This document shows, in pieces, positions 36,244 to 43,071 of a stretch of 43,071 nucleotides of DNA. Positions within the stretch are counted from its first letter, which is position 1. The number at the start of each line of letters is the position of its first letter. Source of the stretch: a virus (taxonomy: Duplodnaviria > Caudoviricetes); the IMG/VR virus record IMGVR_UViG_3300036796_000078, positions 1 through 43,071 of that record; one strand, 5' to 3'. Below the pieces are notes generated by a model, which was given only the letters and a program-made list of their open reading frames with translations, ran no database searches and had not been told where the DNA came from. The position numbers were made by a program, and so were the translations under genes.

Positions 36244-36926
36244 TGGCTTTCGGTACGTTATTAACAGATCAAAATGGTGTTGCTTTTTATATTGGTGAAA
36301 CAATGCCTATCAGCTTGCTTGAAAAAAGAGTTCTGAATGTGCCAGCAGTAGGCGGGGAAGGTAGCGCACAAGATCTTTTTGCCAATGACGGAGCTTTGCG
36401 TTTTGTTTTTGTTAACAGCACAGGCGCACAAGCTGGGGGCAGCTCCACTTGCGAATTCTTAATGCTGAATAGTAGTACAGGTCGCTGGCAGTTAAACTGT
36501 GTAGGCGCAGCACGTACAGTTAACGTATTCATATTTGGCTACCAGTTCCAGCCAGTACCTTCCTGGGGGATACAGATAAACGATGCTCAGGGTCGTTGTA
36601 TTTTAACCAACGAAACCAAAGTCCTGCGAGATGTGCAGAATATCGGAGACCCGAGCAATGTCAGTAATTCAGGCTATAACATAAATCAAACGTTATCAGG
36701 TCAGTGGGCGGTGGCACCAACAATGCTAGGCTATTTTGCTGGCGTAAATAATTCATCAGGGCAACCAATGCCGGTAGTTGCCCGTTTTTGCTCATCTGCC
36801 AGGTTCAATGGAAGCACTACACAGATTGCTAGCGGATATCTCGGCAACATTGATGGGAATGCTTCGAACGCCACTTATACCAACTATAGGAACCGAATTA
36901 CAGCCATAAATGTGGCTAGATATTAG
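36243..36926 (+). CDS. Tail-tip accessory / receptor-binding protein
   Basis: WGIQINDAQG repeat; lies between J and cor. Confidence 0.78.
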   Translation: MAFGTLLTDQNGVAFYIGETMPISLLEKRVLNVPAVGGEGSAQDLFANDGALRFVFVNSTGAQAGGSSTCEFLMLNSSTGRWQLNCVGAARTVNVFIFGYQFQPVPSWGIQINDAQGRCILTNETKVLRDVQNIGDPSNVSNSGYNINQTLSGQWAVAPTMLGYFAGVNNSSGQPMPVVARFCSSARFNGSTTQIASGYLGNIDGNASNATYTNYRNRITAINVARY

Positions 36927-37013
36927 TTTAATTAATCGTATTGATCTCCTAATGGATTTGATACTGTCAGATCGTATGTAATATAAAATCTAAAAATCCA
37001 ATTAGGGATAAAA

Positions 37014-37241
37014 ATGAAAAACATTATTGTTATTGCTTTGGGTATGCTAGCGGCCGGTTGTCAGTCCTTACCTCCGGAGCAGTGCACTGCTAATGCAAGG
37101 ATTGGCGGGCAGGATACTACAGTTTCTGTTTACGGCGTGCGAAAGCAAGCTAATCAGACTCAGTATTATGCAGGAAATCCTTTTGGCTGGAAGTGGGTAA
37201 GCGCCAATAACTTCACAAGCTCAACTTGTGACAAATCTTAA
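37014..37241 (+). CDS. cor: Cor superinfection exclusion lipoprotein
   Basis: Lipobox LAAGC; IGGQDTTV.VYGVRK.ANQTQY.AG.PF.W.WVS.NNF..STC; candidate promoter TTGATA(36958)-18-TATAAA. Confidence 0.88.
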   Translation: MKNIIVIALGMLAAGCQSLPPEQCTANARIGGQDTTVSVYGVRKQANQTQYYAGNPFGWKWVSANNFTSSTCDKS

Positions 37242-37245
37242 TAGG

Positions 37246-37274
37246 TTTACGATTTTATATTTATAAGCTAAATT
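37246..37274 (+). promoter_or_regulatory. Sigma70-like promoter for the ncRNA
   Basis: TTTACG-17-TAAATT; predicted +1 near 37281. Confidence 0.65.
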
Positions 37275-37280
37275 CCATCT

Positions 37281-37398
37281 GCTGCTGTGAATCCCCCTAT
37301 GCGGTGGGGCGACAGTCTATTTCTCTCGAAAGATAGAATACAAACGAGACGCGAACCGACGACTGTAAGGTTCACCGGGAGGCACCCGGCACAGCAGC
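37281..37398 (+). ncRNA. Putative pseudoknotted structured RNA, copy 2
   Basis: Perfect 9-bp closing stem; GAACC/GGTTC stem whose loop GACTGT pairs with ACAGTC (37312-37317); CCGGG-AGGCA-CCCGG hairpin; own promoter and terminator. Confidence 0.8.
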
Positions 37399-37410
37399 TC
37401 AATTATAAAG

Positions 37411-37435
37411 ACCCGGCCATCGCGCCGGGTTTTTT
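37411..37435 (+). terminator. Intrinsic terminator
   Basis: ACCCGGC-CATCGC-GCCGGGT followed by a T-run. Confidence 0.85.
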
Positions 37436-37452
37436 ATTGCCCGGAGAAAACT

Positions 37453-38553
37453 ATGCCAGCAGGCACTATAGCTTTGACCAACGGTTCTAACGCTGTAAGC
37501 GGTACAGGAACCAGCTTTACTACTGAGCTGAAGCAAGGTGATTTCGTTTACGTCACAGTGGGCAGCGCCCCTTACACGCTGGTGGTATCATCCGTCACAT
37601 CAGATACCCAGTTAACTCTTTCAATTGCTTTCGATGGCCCTACGACATCAGGCCTTGCGTGGAATGCTGTTCCGGCATCAATGCAGGTAGCTATAACACA
37701 GAAAATACTGAATGATTTCGCACAGGTTGCGCGTGGACGCATTCTGGACTTCCAGAACTGGCAGAAAATTTATAGCAGCGATCCATCAGTCACCGTTACC
37801 CGCCCTGACCGTACACAGTTCATTGGCCCAAGTTGGGGCTACATGGCAACTCAGTTTGCAAATAAAGCAAATCTTGTGAATGACGTCGTAGAGGTTGTGC
37901 ATGGAGGTACCGGTCAGAAAACTCTATCAGGGGTCATGACGTGGTTAGGGCTTGGAGATGCAGCGTTTAAAAATACTGGCACAACATCAGGGAGCCTTGC
38001 TGCCGGTAATGATGCTAGATTTGTTAATTTTGCTGTTTCAAGTTCCCCAAAAAATATCGTCGTTTCAAACTCATTCAGATGGGATGTGCCTGCAGGATTA
38101 ATTTGTCATGGCGGGGCGAACTCGGCATCTCGCACATCAGTTTTTACGATCGATTGGACTTCAGGTGGCGGCACACACATCTTCATCGACAGTACAGACA
38201 TGGGACAGGTGCAATTCATTACATCAGACGAAAGACTTAAAGAGAAAATTGAGCCTGCAAAATCAGGATTTATTGAACGTGTTAATGCTCAGGAAATCAT
38301 TGAATACCAATGGATTGACCAGAAAATGCGTGGTGATAGTCGCATGCGCGGGTTTATTGCTCAGCGAGTGGGTAAAGTTGATCCAATTCTGATGAATGGC
38401 ACGGAAGATGGGCAATACGGATTAGAGATTATAGGTCTATTGGCTGATGCGTATGGCGCTCTTCAGGAGCAGCATAAATTAATCAAGAATATGGAAGTTA
38501 TTATTTTTGAGTTGCAGGCTCGCATGAAATCAATTGATGGCCTCGATTCATAA
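37453..38553 (+). CDS. Side tail fibre with C-terminal S74 intramolecular chaperone
   Basis: MPAGTI.LTNGS..VSG.GT.F anchor; SDERLKEKI...GFIAQ...coiled coil. Confidence 0.88.
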   Translation: MPAGTIALTNGSNAVSGTGTSFTTELKQGDFVYVTVGSAPYTLVVSSVTSDTQLTLSIAFDGPTTSGLAWNAVPASMQVAITQKILNDFAQVARGRILDFQNWQKIYSSDPSVTVTRPDRTQFIGPSWGYMATQFANKANLVNDVVEVVHGGTGQKTLSGVMTWLGLGDAAFKNTGTTSGSLAAGNDARFVNFAVSSSPKNIVVSNSFRWDVPAGLICHGGANSASRTSVFTIDWTSGGGTHIFIDSTDMGQVQFITSDERLKEKIEPAKSGFIERVNAQEIIEYQWIDQKMRGDSRMRGFIAQRVGKVDPILMNGTEDGQYGLEIIGLLADAYGALQEQHKLIKNMEVIIFELQARMKSIDGLDS

Positions 38554-39087
38554 AAAAGCCCTGCCGACGGGACAGCTTAAGATCGCGTCTATCTTCATGT
38601 AGGGTTAGTTGACTGAAAGTAGATGAAGAACATTGTGAGCCATGCTTATCTGCTAACATGCAAAGAAATCAATTGATGAGATATGGAAATGAAACAAATC
38701 ATCACTCTCTTGGGTGCTCTTGTTTTGGCTGGCTGTGTCAACCCATATGCCTATCGGGAAGAGCAAACTGTGCAAGCCTCTTTCACAACCAAGAAAGGCG
38801 TTGAAGAGACACAGCAATGCATTCTCGCTGCATGGCAACGTGTGCCATTAATGACAGCAATCTCCGCTCAGCAAACAGGGAAATATTACAGCATATTGGC
38901 AATACCTGATGCTGCTGACGTACTGGATGAAAGTGGGCAAACCAGAGTTAACTATTACTCCTTGCGTGGGGCTCTGGACGTTACAAACGGGAAGGAAAAA
39001 CGTATAGCTGGCATCAAGTCATGTCTTTAGTTAATAAAAAAGCCCCGGCGACGGGGCAGCTATAAACCGCGTCCATCTTTATGCAGG
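38551..39087. repeat. Imperfect 53-bp direct repeats (38551-38603, 39035-39087), each with a minus-strand terminator-like end
   Basis: 43/53 identity by manual alignment. Confidence 0.8.
38683..39030 (+). CDS. Lipoprotein moron
   Basis: Lipobox VLAGC; start may be 38689. Confidence 0.8.
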   Translation: MEMKQIITLLGALVLAGCVNPYAYREEQTVQASFTTKKGVEETQQCILAAWQRVPLMTAISAQQTGKYYSILAIPDAADVLDESGQTRVNYYSLRGALDVTNGKEKRIAGIKSCL

Positions 39088-39188
39088 CTGCGGTGTGTGT
39101 GTGGTTAAAGCTTAGTCACTCACTCCAGAGCCGCCCAACTAAATCCCCTTTCTCGCCAATCCCTTCCAAAAATCCTACATCAATCGAC

Positions 39189-39229
39189 TTGATCGAACCT
39201 ACCACTAATATTACTGTATTTATATACAG
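39189..39229 (+). promoter_or_regulatory. LexA-repressed promoter
   Basis: TTGATC-17-TACTGT; SOS box CTGTATTTATATACAG 39214-39229. Confidence 0.85.
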
Positions 39230-39250
39230 TGTTAGTCGGAAGGTTTCTTC

Positions 39251-39490
39251 ATGCCACGTCAAAGCGATATCAATCCATCATTTAACGCAGCCATCACGAT
39301 TGACGCCGGAGGTAGGCGAACCATTACCACCTCAGCATTTGTCAAAGAGCTTGCTGCACATAATCACATCTGGACGCTTAAGCAGGCCAATCGCTGGATT
39401 GAGGAGCAGCAATGCGACTTTAAGGACATCTCAACCGAAGAGGGTGAGCGCCGCACATTCATGATCCGCAATATGGGCAGGGTTCGTTGA
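39251..39490 (+). CDS. Small SOS-inducible hypothetical protein
   Basis: GGAAGG RBS; directly after the SOS box; coupled to the next gene. Confidence 0.75.
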   Translation: MPRQSDINPSFNAAITIDAGGRRTITTSAFVKELAAHNHIWTLKQANRWIEEQQCDFKDISTEEGERRTFMIRNMGRVR

Positions 39491-39813
39491 TGGGCTTTCC
39501 ATCACCGGCGCAGGATTATGTCGAGAGTCGGCTCGACCTTAACGCTTTGATGGTGTTGCGCCCTGCAGCGACGCTTTTCATTCCTACGGTAGAAGGTCTG
39601 GTGCTGGTCGATAAGTCAGTGAGGCCGAAAGAGGGAAATGTCATTTACTTTGAGGCGTGGGGAACATTTCAGATCGGCAGGATGGGTAAGCATCACATTG
39701 TGTGTCGAGATGGGGAGACCATTGAAGGCGAAGCGCTGGAGGATGTGACCATAGTGGGTATTGTTACTTTTGAAGTGCTACATATGCATGATGAAAGCAG
39801 GCCAACGATTTAG
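39490..39813 (+). CDS. UmuD'-like S24-fold protein lacking catalytic residues
   Basis: MGFPSPAQDYVE.RLDLN; no GDSM Ser motif; Lys motif replaced by IGRM. Confidence 0.78.
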   Translation: MGFPSPAQDYVESRLDLNALMVLRPAATLFIPTVEGLVLVDKSVRPKEGNVIYFEAWGTFQIGRMGKHHIVCRDGETIEGEALEDVTIVGIVTFEVLHMHDESRPTI

Positions 39814-39831
39814 CGTTCAATCTAAGTTTTC

Positions 39832-39853
39832 ATGTGTACATTTATGGGTACAT
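39832..39853. repeat. Putative integrase arm-type sites
   Basis: Tandem ATGTGTACAT / ATGGGTACAT about 60 bp inside the att core. Confidence 0.6.
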
Positions 39854-39914
39854 AAAACTTTTTTTACTGCCGAATAAAATCTTTAATAACAGATGATTAA
39901 TGACTTTATTCGGC

Positions 39915-39936
39915 ATATCCATTTAACTAAGGAGAC
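39915..39936 (-). other. argW: attR core region: 5' 22 nt of tRNA-Arg(CCU), truncated
   Basis: Minus strand GTCTCCTTAGTTAAATGGATAT matches the recalled argW 5' end, then diverges; adjacent to yfdC as in E. coli. Confidence 0.82.
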
Positions 39937-39976
39937 GCCGGGCGCGCAGTATAGCGCACCGCGAACCTGATTTTAA
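39937..39976 (-). promoter_or_regulatory. Host tRNA promoter
   Basis: TTAAAA-17-TATACT with GC-rich discriminator GCGCGCCCGGC. Confidence 0.65.
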
Positions 39977-40023
39977 CTATGCAGCGGTTGTTTGCTCAAT
40001 CTATCAGCAATTTAAGACCAGGC

Positions 40024-40938
40024 TTACGCCTGTTTTTGCTTCTCTTTCCGCTTCTGGTCCGCACGCGCTTTGGCTTTCGCCGCTTCACTCATATCGTTAC
40101 GAATCTGCGCATGGCTGATCAATGCAAATATCAGTGTGCCGCCCGTAATGTTGCCAAGCAGCGTAGGCAAGGCAAATGGCCAGAAGAATTCGTACCACGG
40201 CAGCGTGCCCGCAAACACCAAATACAGCACCTCGACCGAACCGACCACGATATGCGCTAAATCCCCTAACGCCACCAGCCAGGTCATCATCACGATCACC
40301 ACAATTTTTGCTGCGCCCGCATACGGGAACATCCACACCATGGTGGCGATAATCCAGCCGGAGATCACCGCATTGGCGAACATTTCGCTGGGGGAATTGA
40401 CCATCACTTTTTCACTGATGGCGGTAAACGCCTGACGCGTCGCATCGTCGAATATCGGCATATGATTAAAAGCTAGCGCGCCCAATGCGGTGCCAATCAG
40501 ATTGCCGAGCAGCACCACGCACCAGAGACGCAACAGCAGCGCAAAGTTGCTGCCGGTCGGTTTGTGCATCACCGGCAAAACGGCGGTAACGGTGTTCTCG
40601 GTGAACAGTTGCTGGCGCGCCATAATCACAATGACAAAGCCAAAGGTATAACCCAGATTTTCGAGTAAAAATGCGCCGGGCACGCCTTTTAGGTGGACCT
40701 GAAAAATGCCTTTCGCCATCAGCGAAGCGCCCATCGACAATCCCGCCGCTACCGCCGACCAAAGCAGCGCCATGCCATCACGCTCAAGCTCTTTTTCACC
40801 GTCCTGACGTATCTCCTCATGAATCGCCGCAGCCTGCGAGGGCAGGGCATCTTCATCGACTTCAATCTCCTTGCCTTGTTCCTTCTCATCACTCTCTACA
40901 TCGTTGTCACTCTTTGAAATCGATGGTGATTGTTTCAT
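40024..40938 (-). CDS. yfdC: Formate/nitrite transporter family protein
   Basis: LFTENT, HIVVGSVE, LLGNITGG; start may be 40938 or 40962. Confidence 0.9.
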   Translation of the reverse strand: MKQSPSISKSDNDVESDEKEQGKEIEVDEDALPSQAAAIHEEIRQDGEKELERDGMALLWSAVAAGLSMGASLMAKGIFQVHLKGVPGAFLLENLGYTFGFVIVIMARQQLFTENTVTAVLPVMHKPTGSNFALLLRLWCVVLLGNLIGTALGALAFNHMPIFDDATRQAFTAISEKVMVNSPSEMFANAVISGWIIATMVWMFPYAGAAKIVVIVMMTWLVALGDLAHIVVGSVEVLYLVFAGTLPWYEFFWPFALPTLLGNITGGTLIFALISHAQIRNDMSEAAKAKARADQKRKEKQKQA

Positions 40939-41181
40939 GTTTCCCTCGGGTGATAATGCCATTGCGTAATAAGCGTAGCTGGTTTTGGCAAGGTCAATTT
41001 GTTACGAAGATTCAATTTAAGAGTAACGAAATTTTAACTGAGTTGGTTTTTTGAACGATTTCTTGATCTGATGCGCACGAATACCCCATTTGGGGTAAGT
41101 GGGAGCCAGCTCACAGACTTCGGCCCACAGATTCAATGTGGTATTATCGCCGCCTCATTCATTGCCGTGATTCTCCCTTCT

Positions 41182-41796
41182 ATGCTCGAAGTCATTAATC
41201 TCTCATGCGTTCGTGATGAGCGAACCTTGTTTCATGGGTTGAGCTTCCGTGTGCAACCGGGTGACATTGTGCAAATCGAAGGGCCAAACGGAGCCGGGAA
41301 AACCTCGCTGCTGCGCCTGCTGGCGGGATTAAGCCGGGCGGAAGAGGGCGAGGTGATGTGGCAGTCACAGCCTATTCGTCAACAGCGCGAAATATGGCAA
41401 CAAAATCTGCTCTATCTCGGCCATCACCCCGGCGTGAAATCGGTACTCTCACCGCTGGAGAACCTGCATTTCTGGCACGGCAGCAGCAATGAAGACGCGA
41501 TTTTTGATGCGCTTGAGCAGGTCGATCTGCTGGGTTTTGAAGAGGTGCCGGTGGCGCAACTCTCTGCCGGACAGCAGCGGCGCGTGGCATTAGCCCGCCT
41601 GTGGCTCAGCCCGGCGTCGGTATGGATCCTCGATGAACCCTTAACCGCCATCGATAAAGGCGGCGTAGAAAAATTAATGGCGCGATTCGCCACCCATGCC
41701 GATAACGGCGGAGCGGTGATTCTGACGACGCATCAGGATCTGCCCGATAACAGCGCGCGCGTGCGTAAAATTCGTCTTACTTCGGAGTGGGCTTGA
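41182..41796 (+). CDS. ccmA: Heme exporter ATP-binding protein
   Basis: [22 protein letters not shown]. Confidence 0.95.
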   Translation: MLEVINLSCVRDERTLFHGLSFRVQPGDIVQIEGPNGAGKTSLLRLLAGLSRAEEGEVMWQSQPIRQQREIWQQNLLYLGHHPGVKSVLSPLENLHFWHGSSNEDAIFDALEQVDLLGFEEVPVAQLSAGQQRRVALARLWLSPASVWILDEPLTAIDKGGVEKLMARFATHADNGGAVILTTHQDLPDNSARVRKIRLTSEWA

Positions 41797-42455
41797 TGTT
41801 AGGCCGGATCATTCAGCGCGAATTAAAAATTGCCTTTCGCAGCGGCGCGGAAGTGATCAATCCGCTGTGGTTTTTCCTGATTGTTATCACGCTGTTTCCG
41901 TTAGGTATCGGACCAGAGCCGCAGCAGCTGGCGCGCATTGCGCCGGGCGTAGCGTGGGTTGCCGCGTTACTGGCCTCATTGCTGGCGCTGGAGCGGCTGT
42001 TTCGTGACGATTTTCTTGATGGTTCGCTTGAGCAACTACTTCTGTTGCCAACGCCGCTGCCAGTCACGGTGCTGGGCAAAGTGATTGCTCACTGGCTGAT
42101 TACCGGGCTACCGCTTATTTTACTGTCGCCGCTGGCGGCTTTGTTGCTGTCGCTGGATTTTGCCGGCTGGCGCGCGATGGCATTAACGCTGCTACTTGGC
42201 ACGCCAACGCTGAGCTTTCTCGGCGCGATTGGTACCGGTTTAACCGTTGGGCTGCGGCGCGGCGGCGTATTACTGAGTTTGCTGGTATTGCCGTTGTCGA
42301 TACCGGTTTTGATATTCGCCAGCGCGGCGATTGATGCCGCCGGGATGGGGTTGCCGATCGGTGGTTATCTGGCGATTCTCGGCGCGATGCTGGCCGTCAG
42401 CGCAACGCTGTCGCCGTTTGCGACAGCAGCGGCCTTACGTATCAGTCTGCATTAA
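41796..42455 (+). CDS. ccmB: Heme exporter protein B
   Basis: NPLWFF, LFRDDFLDGSLEQL, LPLSIPVLIF. Confidence 0.95.
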   Translation: MLGRIIQRELKIAFRSGAEVINPLWFFLIVITLFPLGIGPEPQQLARIAPGVAWVAALLASLLALERLFRDDFLDGSLEQLLLLPTPLPVTVLGKVIAHWLITGLPLILLSPLAALLLSLDFAGWRAMALTLLLGTPTLSFLGAIGTGLTVGLRRGGVLLSLLVLPLSIPVLIFASAAIDAAGMGLPIGGYLAILGAMLAVSATLSPFATAAALRISLH

Positions 42456-42512
42456 TTCGTGTCGCCTCAGAGCGGCCGAAACCTGAATTCTCTTTATTGT
42501 GAGCAATGCAAA

Positions 42513-43071
42513 ATGTGGAAATGGTTACACCAGTGGGCAAAGCCTGAGCGGCTTTACCAACTATGCGGTCGCTTAATTCCGTGGTTCGCGGTGCTGGGTG
42601 TTGGCACGCTGTTACTCGGTTGGGTTTGGGGCTTCGGCTTTGCTCCGGCGGATTATCAGCAGGGCAACAGCTTCCGGATTATGTACATTCACGTGCCTGC
42701 GGCGATGTGGTCGATGGGCGTGTACGCGTCAATGGCTATCGCGGCGTTTATCGGGCTGGTGTGGCAGATGAAAATGGCTGATTTGGTCTCGGCGGCGATG
42801 GCGCCGATTGGCGCGGTGTTCACCTTTATCGCGCTGATCACCGGTTCCGCCTGGGGTAAACCAATGTGGGGAACCTGGTGGATCTGGGATGCCCGCCTGA
42901 CATCCGAGCTGGTGCTGCTGTTCCTCTATATGGGCGTAATTGCGCTCTATCACTCTTTCGAAGACCGCCGCACTGCCGGGCGCGCCGCCGGTATTTTGAT
43001 TCTGGTTGGCGTGGTTAATCTGCCGATCATTCACTTCTCGGTACAATGGTGGAACACGCTGCATCAGGGCT
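42513..43071 (+). CDS. ccmC: Heme exporter protein C (partial)
   Basis: MWKWLHQ..PERLY, DYQQG..FRIMYIHVP, WGKPMWGTWWIWDARLT, WWNTLHQ. Confidence 0.95.
   Translation, partial: MWKWLHQWAKPERLYQLCGRLIPWFAVLGVGTLLLGWVWGFGFAPADYQQGNSFRIMYIHVPAAMWSMGVYASMAIAAFIGLVWQMKMADLVSAAMAPIGAVFTFIALITGSAWGKPMWGTWWIWDARLTSELVLLFLYMGVIALYHSFEDRRTAGRAAGILILVGVVNLPIIHFSVQWWNTLHQG

Larger units (their letters stand above)
1..39936. mobile_element. Lambdoid prophage (siphovirus), left end truncated by the window; right end at the argW-like att core
   Basis: Complete lambdoid gene order from immunity through replication, Q, lysis, head and tail; tRNA-Arg 5' fragment at 39915-39936 followed by host yfdC/ccm genes. 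Confidence 0.97.

Noticed and set aside
37287-37490. 67-aa ORF
   Set aside because: No RBS; crosses a terminator and the fibre start; coincides with the ncRNA
35935-38553. Diversity-generating retroelement or invertible tail-fibre cassette
   Set aside because: No reverse transcriptase, invertase, TR/VR pair or inverted crossover sites seen
39915-39936. Intact tRNA gene
   Set aside because: Only the acceptor 5' strand and most of the D arm are present

Overview
Most of the window (1 to ~39936) is an apparently intact lambdoid siphovirus prophage with an HK97/P27-type head and a lambda-type tail tip, in an enterobacterial (probably Pantoea/Erwinia-like) chromosome. Its right junction is the 5' end of tRNA-Arg(CCU) (argW-like) next to host yfdC and ccmABC; the integrase and attL lie left of the window. 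Gene order: xis-like gene, early left accessory genes, cI/cro/cII-like switch, replication initiator with iterons, ParB-like gene, MT-A70 methylase, Lar, RusA, Q, lysis cassette, Acb2-like gene, morons, two glycosyltransferase genes, HNH/cos/terminase/head/tail, cor, tail fibre, SOS-regulated pair. Best unexplained signals: (1) a covarying pseudoknotted ncRNA present twice, once with its own promoter and terminator and once inside a ~650 nt pL-leader array punctuated by RNase III-like stems; (2) a C5 methyltransferase whose motif IX and three TRD-like repeats are overprinted in a second reading frame; (3) a 12-bp palindrome GTGACATGTCAC dispersed in 3 exact copies plus 1 near copy; (4) three glycosyltransferase domains coupled to the packaging genes; (5) Fur-like boxes beside cos. 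Family assignments come from recognised motifs and synteny, not database searches.
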